A stretch of 64,000 bases of DNA from assembly GCA_963713045.1 (NCBI GenBank), contig CAVQKE010000004.1, forward strand, positions 992,001 through 1,056,000, written 5' to 3'. The position numbers were made by a program, and so were the translations under genes. The first letter of the stretch is position 1; each line of letters opens with the position of its first letter. Source of the stretch: an uncultured delta proteobacterium. GTDB lineage: Bacteria; Myxococcota; Myxococcia; Myxococcales; Myxococcaceae. Below the pieces are notes generated by a model. It did no database searches. It had not been told where the DNA came from and saw nothing but the letters and a program-made list of their open reading frames with translations. Of the stretch, positions 14,409 through 24,145 are shown one piece after another.

Positions 14409-14587
14409 TTTTTCCTTACATCCTCTCGCACTGTGCCGGCCGACACCGGGCCCGGGCTGCACCGGGCTGGGCGCGTCCGGTGGGCGGGCCGTGGGCGGAA
14501 GCGACAGACAAAAAAACGACGTGCATGGCCGGCGACAACCTCCCGTGGCCCCGGCGGACAACTCGCATGGGCCGCTTGGGGCCGGCT

Positions 14588-14616
14588 GTCATAAGCACCG
14601 CGGGCAGCCCGGTCAA
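14588..14616 (-). promoter_or_regulatory. Putative sigma70-type promoter of topA
   Basis: Minus strand TTGACC-17 nt-TATGAC, about 180 nt upstream of the start. Confidence 0.45.
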
Positions 14617-14654
14617 GCGCGCGGCCCGGAAGGGCCTCCCCCGAGACTCCGAAT

Positions 14655-15884
14655 TTACCGAGAAGAAACGGGTGCTTTGCCCGGCGCGTACAGGACAATC
14701 CGGTCGCCGAAGACAATCTCCCGCGCCGTCCGAATCAGCATGCAGGTGCTCGCATGCTCCTTCACCTCAGCCGCGATGCACTGGCCGACGACCTCCGCCG
14801 GCAGATGCGGGTCCTGGTTCTCCGCCGGAGACACCCATTGGTTGTACGGGTCCGCCTGGCGAATGATGGTGAAGGTGTTACCTTGCTGGACGCCGCTGGC
14901 GCTGCCCAAGTTCACCACCACCTGGCTGCGCTCGCCGTTGACGGTGACGTAGGGGTTGAGGTTCGCCACCACCGTTCCCTCCAAGTCAGCCGGGTTGGTG
15001 TTGGGCACTGGAGCGATGGTGAGCACCATCGGTTCGCCCGCCGGGCCCACCCGGTCGCCGCGGAACATGGCGTCGAAGGAAAAGCTGATGACGCCGCGCG
15101 CGTAGTAGGGGTTGTCGTTTTGCAGAACGCGCGCCTGCCCCACCAGCGAGGTGAGGTAGCCCACCAGCCGCGCAGTCCGCGGGTCATACACTTTCCGGTC
15201 GGGGCGATAGATGAGGTAATTCTTCCCGACAACCACTGCCTTGCGGTCCTTGAAGGTGAGGTAGACGATGTCGCCGGTGACCAGCATGTCCGTCTCGGCG
15301 AAGCTGTGGGCGAGTACCCCCGCACCGTCCAATTCCTTGTCGGTGACGAAGCCTTCGCGGGGCAAGCGCTCGTGCCCCTGCGGTTCATAGGGCTTGGGGC
15401 CCACCATCGAGATGCTGTTGTTCTCCCCCGGCTCGAGCAGCGAGATGTCGCCCTCTCCTTGGGTTCCGGTCCCCGGTTCGATGCTTTCCACCTCCCCGGC
15501 CGGCTCCTCCCCGGTGCCGGTGAAGAAGCGGACTTGGTTCCCCGGATAAATCCAATGCGGGTTGGCGATTTGCGGGTTGTAGGACCAGACCTTCGGCCAG
15601 TACCACGGGCTTCCCAGGTAATGCTGGGAGAGGTCCCACAGCGTGTCCCCGGGCACCACGGTGTGCGTCGTCCCGGGCAACTCCGGCGCCGCGCCCGTTT
15701 CGGACTTGGCCGGTGCCGTCGTCTTGGTGGCTGCCGGGGGCGTGGTCTCTTCCTGGGGAAGCTCCTGCACCGGCTTCCCTTCCGTTTCCGAAGGGCTCTG
15801 GTCGGGGGGCGGAGGCGGTGGCGGGGTTTGCGCGCCCACCGGCGCGGCGAGGCACAACACGGCGACAACAAGTGGAATGCGCAT
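14655..15884 (-). CDS. Secreted LysM peptidoglycan-binding protein
   Basis: Signal peptide; HTVVPGDTLWDLS...WYWPKVWSYNPQIANPHWIYPG LysM motif. Confidence 0.9.
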   Translation of the reverse strand: MRIPLVVAVLCLAAPVGAQTPPPPPPPDQSPSETEGKPVQELPQEETTPPAATKTTAPAKSETGAAPELPGTTHTVVPGDTLWDLSQHYLGSPWYWPKVWSYNPQIANPHWIYPGNQVRFFTGTGEEPAGEVESIEPGTGTQGEGDISLLEPGENNSISMVGPKPYEPQGHERLPREGFVTDKELDGAGVLAHSFAETDMLVTGDIVYLTFKDRKAVVVGKNYLIYRPDRKVYDPRTARLVGYLTSLVGQARVLQNDNPYYARGVISFSFDAMFRGDRVGPAGEPMVLTIAPVPNTNPADLEGTVVANLNPYVTVNGERSQVVVNLGSASGVQQGNTFTIIRQADPYNQWVSPAENQDPHLPAEVVGQCIAAEVKEHASTCMLIRTAREIVFGDRIVLYAPGKAPVSSR

Positions 15885-16627
15885 CAAGGGTCCCTCGAAA
15901 GCATCGACAGACGGGCCTGCGCTTGGACAGCGGCAGGCGTGCCAGGAAAGGCCTGGACCAGTTGGGCGTAAGTGGCGCGCGCCTCGGCCGGCTGCCGAAG
16001 CCGAACCCGCACCTCGCCCAGCTTCAACAGTGCGTCCTGCACCACGTCTCCCGCCGGGTAGCGCTGCACCACCGCCTCCAACAGCGCCGCCGCTGACGCC
16101 AACTCCCCGCGCCCAATTTCCCCCAGCGCGGCGTAGTACAGCGCGTCGTCGGCCTTGGGGTGCTTCGGGTAGCTGCTGGCGAAGCGCTTCAGTCGGTCAA
16201 TCGCACCGCCCACGTTTCCCGTCCGCAGGGCTTCCAGCGCCGCCTGGTATTCCTGGTCCGCGGAGGCAAGGGGCGTGGAGAGGGCCGGCTCTGGCTTTGC
16301 CGCCAGGACGTCCAACGCGGCAAGGTCTGGCTCCTGCACCGGCGTCTCGACGTCCAGCGGCGGCGGCGACGCCTTGGGCTTCAGCCTGACCACCGTCAGC
16401 ACCGGCGGCGCAGCTGCGATGGGTGTGGCCGGCGAGGCAGAGGCCGCCGCTGGGGGGGGCGCCATCACCAGCCGCTGATTCTCCAGCGCGTCGACTCGGC
16501 CTTGCAGCTGCGCATTCTCTCTCTGCAGAGACTCCACCTGTTCCTTCAGCGCGCGCACGTCGCCCTTGCTGGCCACGTCGGTGGCGCACCCGCACGCCAG
16601 GACGAGGGGCAGAATGTGGAAACGCAT
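15884..16627 (-). CDS. cpoB: CpoB/YbgF-like coiled-coil + TPR (lipo)protein
   Basis: MRFHILPLVLACGC signal; coiled coil; YPKHPKADDALYY, DALLKLG, LVQAFPGTPAA TPRs. Confidence 0.78.
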   Translation of the reverse strand: MRFHILPLVLACGCATDVASKGDVRALKEQVESLQRENAQLQGRVDALENQRLVMAPPPAAASASPATPIAAAPPVLTVVRLKPKASPPPLDVETPVQEPDLAALDVLAAKPEPALSTPLASADQEYQAALEALRTGNVGGAIDRLKRFASSYPKHPKADDALYYAALGEIGRGELASAAALLEAVVQRYPAGDVVQDALLKLGEVRVRLRQPAEARATYAQLVQAFPGTPAAVQAQARLSMLSRDP

Positions 16628-16680
16628 GGGTGGGGCGGTCGCCGCTTCCTCTAGAGGATAGGAAGGCCGGAAGAAGAGCG

Positions 16681-17421
16681 TCAAGAAAGCGGCGTGGGGG
16701 CGATGAAGGCGAGGTGGCGGCCCGTCACCCCACCGTCGCGCCGGTGGGAGTAGAAGCGGCCCGGCTCGCAGGCGGTACAGCCCGGAAACACGTCCACCCA
16801 CTCGGGCAACAGCCCCGCTGCCAACAGGGTGCAGCGCACGGCGGCGCTGAGGTCGAGGTGCGGCCGTATCCTCCCTTGGCGCACCACCTTGGGGCCAAAG
16901 TCCGCGCTGAAGCGCTCGGCCAGTTGGGGTTCGACTTCGTAGCAACAGGCCTGGATGCAGGGCCCCACCGCCGCCCGCAGGGTGGACGCTCTCTCACCCT
17001 GCCCCACCAGCACCTCCACCGCCCGGGCCACCACCCGCAGCGCTGTCCCCCTCCAACCGGAATGCACCGCGGCCACGCGGCGGCCGTCCGGGCCGGACAG
17101 CAGCACCGGGACGCAGTCGGCGCACCGCACCGCGAGCCAAGGGCCGGCGGCGTCGTCCGTCCACAGGCCGTCGGCGGACTCGGCCAACCCCGGCACGCCC
17201 CGCACCACCCGGTCCCCGTGCACCTGGCGCACTGTGGCCAGTTGTTGCGGCGACCGCCCGGTGGCCTCGGCCAAGCGCTCGAGGTTTTCCCGGACGTGCA
17301 ACGGCGCGTCCCCGACGCTTTCCGAAAGGTTGAGCGAGGCAAACGGGCCGCTGGAGACGCCCCCTTGGCGCAGCGAAAAGCCGTGGGGCACCTCAATCAG
17401 CTTGGAAGTGAGGAAGAGCAT
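16681..17421 (-). CDS. pgeF: PgeF/YfiH (laccase-domain purine nucleoside phosphorylase family)
   Basis: HGFSLRQGGVS, QVHG, ADCVPV, HSGWRG, CCYEV, FYSHRR. Confidence 0.93.
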   Translation of the reverse strand: MLFLTSKLIEVPHGFSLRQGGVSSGPFASLNLSESVGDAPLHVRENLERLAEATGRSPQQLATVRQVHGDRVVRGVPGLAESADGLWTDDAAGPWLAVRCADCVPVLLSGPDGRRVAAVHSGWRGTALRVVARAVEVLVGQGERASTLRAAVGPCIQACCYEVEPQLAERFSADFGPKVVRQGRIRPHLDLSAAVRCTLLAAGLLPEWVDVFPGCTACEPGRFYSHRRDGGVTGRHLAFIAPTPLS

Positions 17422-17533
17422 GAAGCGACGCCGGGGGCAAAGGGTGTCGAGTTTAGCCCACCCCGGTGGGAATGCTTTGACAGCTGTGTCGGTGCGAAGC
17501 TGGCGGGTGCGCCCTTTCTCACCGGCAAACGAC

Positions 17534-19375
17534 GTGCGCTCCATCGCTCAAAAGCTACTCGGCAGCATTGGCGTCCCGGCGCTGCTGGTGGCGCTGGGCG
17601 CGGTGGCCGTCTTCGCCTTGCGGGCGCGCTCGGCCGCCGATGCCGCAGCCACGCAACAGGCCGAGCAGGTGGCCGACTTGCTCGCCTCCAGCTTTCAGGC
17701 AGCCACCTTGGGCGTCAGGTTGTCGGCCGACGAGGCCCACCCGGCGGTGGCGCCCGCCGTGCGCACCGCCGCGGCCCTGCAGGGCGTGCGCGCGGTGCGC
17801 GTCCTCGGCCCGGCCGGCCAGGTGATGTGGTCGAGCAGCCCTTCCGAGGTGGGCGGCATCAGCCGGTTGGACAGCACCGAAGGCGAGCAGCGCCTGCAGC
17901 GGCGCGCGGGCAATGTCCTCCTCGCCCGCGGTGTGGGGGGCGGCGACTGCAACGCCTGTCACTTCGGCGTCGCAGGCCAGCTGCAACTGGCCGTGGACAG
18001 TTCACGCAGCTCAACCGAGGTGGCCGGTGGCACACAAGCCGCCGTGGCCGGCGTCGTCCTCGTCTTCGCCGCCCTGGCCTTGGCCACGGCCCTCTCGCTG
18101 CGGCAGCTCCTCACTGTGCCGTTGCGCCGGCTGGCCGGCTCCATGGCCCGCGCCGAGGGCGGGGACTGGGGCGTGCGGGCCGAGGTGCGCGGTGAGGATG
18201 AGATTGCGCAGCTGGCCCGCAGCTTCAACCACATGCTGGAGACGACGGCCCGGCTCGCGTCCGAGGGGTCGGACGCCCGGGGCGGCCTGGCCCAAGCGCG
18301 CGCCCAGCTGTCGGTGCACGGAGAACTGGAGCGCGCCAACACAGAGTTGTCCCGCCGGCTGACCGCACTTGCTCTCCTCTACCATGTCTCCCGCAGCCTG
18401 AATGCGACGCTGGAGCTGCCGGAGTTGCTGGGCCGCATCAGCACCCTGGTGACCGAGCGGCTGCGCATCGACTACTTCTCGGTGCTGCTGGTGAATGCCG
18501 AAGGAAGGCTGGAGGAGGCGGCCAGCGTCCCACCGCGCGCGGGTGCCCCCCGGGGCACCTTCCGGCTGGGCGAGGGGGCAGCGGGCCAGGCCGCCCAGTC
18601 CTTGCTGCCGGTGTACTTGGCCGACTTGGCGCGAACCCCGGACGCCCGTCCGCTGGGGCCGGTCGAGGGTTCCTTGCTTTCGCTTCCGGTGGTGCACCAG
18701 GGCCGGCTGTTGGGCGTCCTCAACCTGCAGCGGACTGGCACCGAGGCCTTTGCCGCCGAGGAGGTGGAGCTGTTGGCGGCGGTGGCGGACCAGGCCGCGA
18801 TGGCCATCCAAAATGCGCGCCTCCACGCCGAGACGGTTGCCCTCTCCGTCACCGACGCCCTCACCGGCCTGGCCAACCGCCGCCAACTCTTCCGCCAGCT
18901 GGAGCAGGAGGTGGCCCGCGCGGCACGCTTCCGCACCCACCTGTCGGTGGTGATGATGGACCTCGACCATTTCAAGGAAGTCAACGACGCCGCCGGCCAC
19001 CTGGCCGGCGACGCGGTGCTGCGCCAAGTGGCCGAGGTGCTGAAAGGCCAGCTGCGCCGGGTGGACGTCGTGGCCCGCTATGGCGGAGAGGAGTTTTGCC
19101 TGGTGCTGCCCCAGGTGGCCAAGGCCGACGCGGTGGAAGTGGCCGAGAAATTGAGGCGCAGCATTGCCGAGCTGTCCTTCGGCAGCGTCGGGCCTGGCAA
19201 AATGACCGCCTCCGCCGGCGTGGCCCACCTGCCCACCGACGCCAGCACCCTGGAGGGCGTGTTGGAGGCGGCGGACGCCGCCCTCTATGCCAGCAAACAC
19301 CGCGGACGGAACCAAATCACCGCCTTCGAGCCGAACCTCGAGAAGGCGGCCGGGGAAAACCCGCTCCCGGTATGA
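17534..19375 (+). CDS. Membrane diguanylate cyclase (periplasmic CxxCH sensor-HAMP-GAF-GGDEF)
   Basis: Two TMs, CNACH, HAMP DEIAQLARSFNHM, GAF, DALTGLANRR, DLDHFKEVND, RRVD I-site, GGEEF; GTG start at 17534. Confidence 0.92.
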   Translation: MRSIAQKLLGSIGVPALLVALGAVAVFALRARSAADAAATQQAEQVADLLASSFQAATLGVRLSADEAHPAVAPAVRTAAALQGVRAVRVLGPAGQVMWSSSPSEVGGISRLDSTEGEQRLQRRAGNVLLARGVGGGDCNACHFGVAGQLQLAVDSSRSSTEVAGGTQAAVAGVVLVFAALALATALSLRQLLTVPLRRLAGSMARAEGGDWGVRAEVRGEDEIAQLARSFNHMLETTARLASEGSDARGGLAQARAQLSVHGELERANTELSRRLTALALLYHVSRSLNATLELPELLGRISTLVTERLRIDYFSVLLVNAEGRLEEAASVPPRAGAPRGTFRLGEGAAGQAAQSLLPVYLADLARTPDARPLGPVEGSLLSLPVVHQGRLLGVLNLQRTGTEAFAAEEVELLAAVADQAAMAIQNARLHAETVALSVTDALTGLANRRQLFRQLEQEVARAARFRTHLSVVMMDLDHFKEVNDAAGHLAGDAVLRQVAEVLKGQLRRVDVVARYGGEEFCLVLPQVAKADAVEVAEKLRRSIAELSFGSVGPGKMTASAGVAHLPTDASTLEGVLEAADAALYASKHRGRNQITAFEPNLEKAAGENPLPV

Positions 19376-19803
19376 GACTGCGGACGGAGCGGCTGGCCCT
19401 CATCGCCGCGACGCCGGCGCTTTTGCGCGCCGAGCTGGCCTCGCCGGCGCAGCTGGCCGCGCTGTTGGAAGCGGCCGTTCCAGAAGCGTGGCCGCCTCCG
19501 CAGAATACGCCTGAGGCGGCGCAATACGCGCTGCGCTTTCTGGAAGGCGGCCCGGACTGCGCGGGGTGGATGACGTGGTACTTCATCCGCCAAGACGGGC
19601 GGGTGCTGGTTGGCCACGGCGGCTTCTGCGGGCGGCCCAAGGGTGGCGAACGTCCTGAGGTCCACACGGTGAGCGCCCAGACGTTTCCCCACCTGACAGC
19701 GTCGCTGCGGGTGCTAAAGCGTCTCGGCTTCCGCCCCACCGGCCCCGGCAGCGAAGCGGGCGCCGTCGGCTTTCGCCGACGCCGTCCGGACGAAGGACAC
19801 TGA
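19372..19803 (+). pseudogene. RimJ/RimL-type GNAT acetyltransferase lacking its central segment
   Basis: MRLRTERL..., VGHGGFCGRP and SAQTFPHLTASLRVLKRLGF present, but no intervening EIGY...(Q/R)xxGxA motif A. Confidence 0.6.
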
Positions 19804-19874
19804 AGGCGGGAATGGGACGGCCCCCCTTGGGGACGCCCCGCAGGAGCGGGCGTCCCTGGGGCCAGCCCCAACCG

Positions 19875-21329
19875 TTACGGCGCCTCGAGGGCGAACAGCA
19901 TGGTGCTGGCCTGGTCGCCGGCGCGGGCCTGGGCGCGCAGAAGCACGGTACTTCCGTACTTTGCCGCGCGAAGGATGCGGCTCAAGTCGCCGGTGGACGT
20001 CACCACCTGGCCGTTGGCCTCGATGACCAGCATCCCATCCCTCAGCCCGGCCTGGTCCGCTGCCGAGCCCGGCAGCACCTCGGTGATGAACGCGCCGCGG
20101 GGAAGCCCCCGCGCCCGCGCCATCTCCGGGCTGGGCGTGGCCAGACTCAGCCCGAATTGCTGCTTGTTGCTGTCGTCGTGCGAGTCGCGCTCCGCCGGCC
20201 CACGGCGGGCCACCTCCTCCTCCTCGGGACGAGTGGTGAGGCTGACCCTCACGTCGCGGGACTTCCCGGCCCGGTAGACGGTGAGGTCGACAGTCGAGCC
20301 AGGGCTGCGCAGGGCGATGGTGCGTCGCAGCTGGTCGGCCGAGGCGACCGACCGCCCATCCACCTGGGTGATGACGTCATCCTGCTTCAACCCGGCCTTT
20401 GCCCCCGGCTGGTCCGGGATGACCGAATTCACCAACGCGCCTTGGGAGGATGGCGCACCCAACGCCTTGGCCAACTCAGGCGTCAGTTCCTGAAGCTGCA
20501 CGCCGATGAAGCCGCGCGTGACCGAGCCCTTCTTCTCCAGCTGGGGCACCAGCGCCTTGGCCAAGTTGCTGGGCACCGCGAAGCCGATGCCCGAGCCGCC
20601 GGCGACGATGGCGGTGTTGATGCCGATGACTTCGCCCTTCAGGTTGAAGAGGGGGCCGCCGCTGTTGCCAGGGTTGATGGCGGCGTCCGTCTGCAGAAAG
20701 TCGTCATAGACGCCGGCGTGAATGTTGCGCGCCTTGGCCGAGAGGATGCCGACGCTGACGCTGCTGGAGAGGCCGAAGGGGTTGCCGATGGCCACCACCC
20801 AGTCTCCGACGCGCATTGCGTCGGAGTCGCCGAGGTTGAGGACGGGAAGGTTGGCCGGCGGATTCTTCAACTTCACCAGCGCGATGTCGGTGGCCGGGTC
20901 GGTTCCCAGGACGGTGCCGTCAAAGCTTCGGCCGTCGTCGAATTTCACTCGGATGGCGACCGCATTCTCGACGACGTGGTTGTTGGTGAGGATGTAGCCG
21001 CGCTTGTCGATGATGAAGCCACTGCCGGCCCCCTGGCGCACCTGGGGGCGTTGCTGCAGTCCGCCGCCGAAGAATTGCTCGAACATCTCGTTGCCGCTGC
21101 TGCGCGAGCGGGAGGTGACTTCGACGTTGACCACCGCCCCCTTGACGCTTTCGGCCAGAGGGGCGAACGAGGGCAAAGGCAGGGCCGGCGCCTGCGCCGC
21201 GCGGGCGGCGGTCTCTGTCGGCGGAGTGTCCGCGTGGGCAGTGGGCGCGACCGCAAACAGTCCACCCAGGGAGGCGGCGGAGGCGGCGGCGAGAAGGAGG
21301 AGGGAGCGGCGGAGGGAGACGGGTTTCAT
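19875..21329 (-). CDS. degP: DegP/HtrA serine protease with two PDZ domains
   Basis: Signal peptide; GSGFII, TNNHVV, TDIAL, QTDAAINPGNSGGPL. Confidence 0.93.
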   Translation of the reverse strand: MKPVSLRRSLLLLAAASAASLGGLFAVAPTAHADTPPTETAARAAQAPALPLPSFAPLAESVKGAVVNVEVTSRSRSSGNEMFEQFFGGGLQQRPQVRQGAGSGFIIDKRGYILTNNHVVENAVAIRVKFDDGRSFDGTVLGTDPATDIALVKLKNPPANLPVLNLGDSDAMRVGDWVVAIGNPFGLSSSVSVGILSAKARNIHAGVYDDFLQTDAAINPGNSGGPLFNLKGEVIGINTAIVAGGSGIGFAVPSNLAKALVPQLEKKGSVTRGFIGVQLQELTPELAKALGAPSSQGALVNSVIPDQPGAKAGLKQDDVITQVDGRSVASADQLRRTIALRSPGSTVDLTVYRAGKSRDVRVSLTTRPEEEEVARRGPAERDSHDDSNKQQFGLSLATPSPEMARARGLPRGAFITEVLPGSAADQAGLRDGMLVIEANGQVVTSTGDLSRILRAAKYGSTVLLRAQARAGDQASTMLFALEAP

Positions 21330-21480
21330 CTTGGGTGTGCGGAGTCCTTGCTGCGAGTCAGGCGCCCCCCTGGGGGGGGCATGGGCTGGTTGGGGAGGAG
21401 AACTGCCTTTCAAGTTTGCGTCTTTCAGTCGTCAATAGGACCCATAACAGCCGCGGGCGGCGACAGCTTCCCGAGGGCAG

Positions 21481-23070
21481 TCAGGCGGGGGCAAACACGC
21501 GAAACTTCAGCTTGGGGAACAGCACGTCCTCGGCGAAGGCGCCCTTCTGCAGGGCGGCGTCCCCACGGCGCCCCTCGGCCGACGCGAGGAGGGCCCAAAA
21601 CCGCGCCAGGTGGGTCCGCACCCGGGCTTCGGCATAGGCCACCACGGTGCCGGCGCGGAGGATGAAAGGAAAGTCCGAGGACTGGGACAGCAACAGCTCG
21701 CGCGCGGCTTGGTTGAGAAGCCGGGTCGCCTGCGCGGTGCGCGCGCGCGGCGCCGCCGCCGCGGCGCGCAGGGCCCACGCCGCCCGGTGCACTTCCGGCG
21801 GAATCCAGTCGTTGCTGGCGTCCAACCAGGTGCCGGCGGTCCCCTCGCTGCCCCAGCTGCTTTCGGCCGGGGCGGCCAGCTGCCCTTGGGGAAACAGCTG
21901 CAAGTCTTCCAGGGGCGTCCGCAGCCCTAGCCCCTGCCGATGGGCCTCTCGGAAGAGGGCCTCCAGAAAGAGGGGGCCCTCATGCCACCAGTGGCCAAAA
22001 AGCTCGGCGTCGTAGGGCGCCACCACCACCGGTGGACGCTCAAGCTGCGGGGCCAGCTCCGCCAACCGCTGAAGGCGGCGGGCGACAAACTGCCGGGCGT
22101 GGCCTTCGGCGGCCAGGCGCGCCGCCTCAGGCTGGTACAGCGCCTTGTCCGCGGTGCGTCCGGTGACGCGGTGGTAGCGCAGGCCCACCGCACGCCGGGG
22201 TTCGCCCGGCCGCAGCACCGGGGCCAAGGCCTCCAGCGGCAACTCCCAGCCCGCGTCGCGGTGAAAGTCCAGGTAGGCGCCTTCGGACGGGTAGCCGCAC
22301 TCGGCACTCCACACCTCCTCACTGCTGTCCGGGTCCCGCCCGTACACCGCGACGCCGCTGGCAGTGAAGAGGGGCGCGTAGACAGACGCCACCGGCCTTG
22401 GCTCTGCAAAGGCAACGCCGCGGGCCTCAAGGAAGGTGAAGCGCATCCCCTGGGCTGCGAGAAAGCCCTCGATGGACGGGAAGTACCCGCACTCTGGAAG
22501 CCAGAAGCCCTGCGGCCGCTGGCCCAACAGCCGGGTGTATTCCTCAGCCCCCACCGAGATTTGGGCCCGCAGCGCGTCCGGCAGATGGCGAAGCAGCGGC
22601 AGGAAGGCGTGGGTGGCGGCGCTGGTGATGAGGGCCAGCTGCCCTTCGGCCGCCGCCCGGGCGAACGCCGGGAGGAGGGCGCCGTGGTGGCCTTCCCAAC
22701 GCCGCAGAAGGTGACGCAGCCGGCGACGGTGGTATTGGGCGAGGGGCCGAAGAGAGGCGTCCTTGGCGGTGCGCTTCACCTCGCGCTCCGCCAGGGCCTC
22801 CCACTCGGCGAGTCTCCGGCCGACCTGGGCCTGAAGAAGCGCGTCGTCCAGCATGGCCAGCAGCGTCGGGCTGAGGCTGAGGGTGAAGCGCACCGGAATG
22901 CCGTCCGCGGCCAGCCGCTCCAGCACTTCCAACAGGGGCAAGTACGCGCCGGCCACCGCTTCCGGAAGCCAGTCCGCCTCCAGCGGCAAAGGTGGGGCCG
23001 GATGACGGACGTAGGGGAGGTGGGCGTGCAGCACCAGCAACAGCGCGCCGCCTTCGCCGAAGCCTTCCAA
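21481..23070 (-). CDS. GH57 1,4-alpha-glucan branching enzyme family (DUF1957)
   Basis: VLHAHLPYVRHP, WLPECGY nucleophile, PYDAELFGHWW acid/base, QSSDFPFI. Confidence 0.9.
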   Translation of the reverse strand: MEGFGEGGALLLVLHAHLPYVRHPAPPLPLEADWLPEAVAGAYLPLLEVLERLAADGIPVRFTLSLSPTLLAMLDDALLQAQVGRRLAEWEALAEREVKRTAKDASLRPLAQYHRRRLRHLLRRWEGHHGALLPAFARAAAEGQLALITSAATHAFLPLLRHLPDALRAQISVGAEEYTRLLGQRPQGFWLPECGYFPSIEGFLAAQGMRFTFLEARGVAFAEPRPVASVYAPLFTASGVAVYGRDPDSSEEVWSAECGYPSEGAYLDFHRDAGWELPLEALAPVLRPGEPRRAVGLRYHRVTGRTADKALYQPEAARLAAEGHARQFVARRLQRLAELAPQLERPPVVVAPYDAELFGHWWHEGPLFLEALFREAHRQGLGLRTPLEDLQLFPQGQLAAPAESSWGSEGTAGTWLDASNDWIPPEVHRAAWALRAAAAAPRARTAQATRLLNQAARELLLSQSSDFPFILRAGTVVAYAEARVRTHLARFWALLASAEGRRGDAALQKGAFAEDVLFPKLKFRVFAPA

Positions 23071-23082
23071 GCCCGGGCCGCC

Positions 23083-23991
23083 TTAGGGACGGCCCGAGCG
23101 CGGGCCACCCGGGCCCGGGCCGCCGCGCCACTGGAGGCTGGCCGGAAGGTCGACCCGGCCAGGGGCGGGGAGGCTGTGGCCCGATTCGGTGGCGACTGGC
23201 TGAGGCCCAAGCGGCTGCTCCCAGGGGACCCGCACCAGGCGGACTTCCAATTGCGCGGAGGGGGCTGCCGGCGGAAGCCGAAGCGGCGCGCTGCGCCGCC
23301 CGGTGGGACGGGCGTGGCCGTCGCTTCCTTGAAGCCAGGCCTCGACGCTGTACACGTCGCCCGGCTCGAGGCCTCCCAAGTAGAGGCTGCGCCGGCTGAG
23401 TGGAGCCTGCACCGTGCGCACCAGGGTTTCGCCCCGGTACAGCCGGAAAAGGACGTGGGGGGCATCCAGGCCGAAGGCCGCGCCGCGCTCCAAGTCCCTC
23501 TGGAAATCCCAAAACAGAAAGAGGGTGGTGGGGTCGCGCGCCAACAGGTGGGGCACTTCCTCGCCCAGCGGCCACGGCCGCTCGGCTGGCGGGGGTGGCG
23601 CCCGACGGGCCACCGGCACCGGGACGGCACGGCGGGAGCGCCGGCGCTGCTGGGCGTGGAGGACGAAGAAGCCCTCCTCCACCAGCACCTCCTCTGGAGG
23701 GGAGAGGCCGAGGCCACCGCCGGCGGCTGGACTGGGGACGGAGGCAGCGTGGGGGGCGACTGGCACACGCGCGGCAGAGGTGGGCAGCTGCCCACCTGCC
23801 GTCCGGTCGGCCTTCGGCGAAGGCTTCCGCGGCCTCCGGGTGGCCGGCACAACCGGTTCCAGCAGCTTGGCGGCGAGGGCCGTCAGCAGCGCGGCCCGGC
23901 TGTGCAGAGACTTGGACCGGCCCGGGAGGTGTTTCCGTGCGAGGGCGCGCAAACTGGGCGTGTCCAGCAGCTCGAGGTCGTCCCGGGTCAT
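23083..23991 (-). CDS. DUF4912-like protein
   Basis: LLARDPTTLFLFWD motif; short N-terminal helical domain; upstream of GH57, a common pairing. Confidence 0.7.
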   Translation of the reverse strand: MTRDDLELLDTPSLRALARKHLPGRSKSLHSRAALLTALAAKLLEPVVPATRRPRKPSPKADRTAGGQLPTSAARVPVAPHAASVPSPAAGGGLGLSPPEEVLVEEGFFVLHAQQRRRSRRAVPVPVARRAPPPPAERPWPLGEEVPHLLARDPTTLFLFWDFQRDLERGAAFGLDAPHVLFRLYRGETLVRTVQAPLSRRSLYLGGLEPGDVYSVEAWLQGSDGHARPTGRRSAPLRLPPAAPSAQLEVRLVRVPWEQPLGPQPVATESGHSLPAPGRVDLPASLQWRGGPGPGGPRSGRP

Positions 23992-24145
23992 TCGTTGGTT
24001 AACCGGCGCGTGAGGCGAGGGCCCTTCGTCGCGTGCCCGCTGTCGGTTGTCAACACGGGGCCGGTGCGCGTTGCCTCCTTTTCAAGCCCCAGGGCCTCTG
24101 CCGTAGACTGTCCAGCATCCGTGCCGTCGCAGCCCGAAAGGGACC

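Noticed and set aside
21388..21414. Sigma32-like promoter (CTTGAAA...CCCCAA) upstream of degP
   Set aside because: Imperfect -10 element and short spacing; cannot be supported without TSS data
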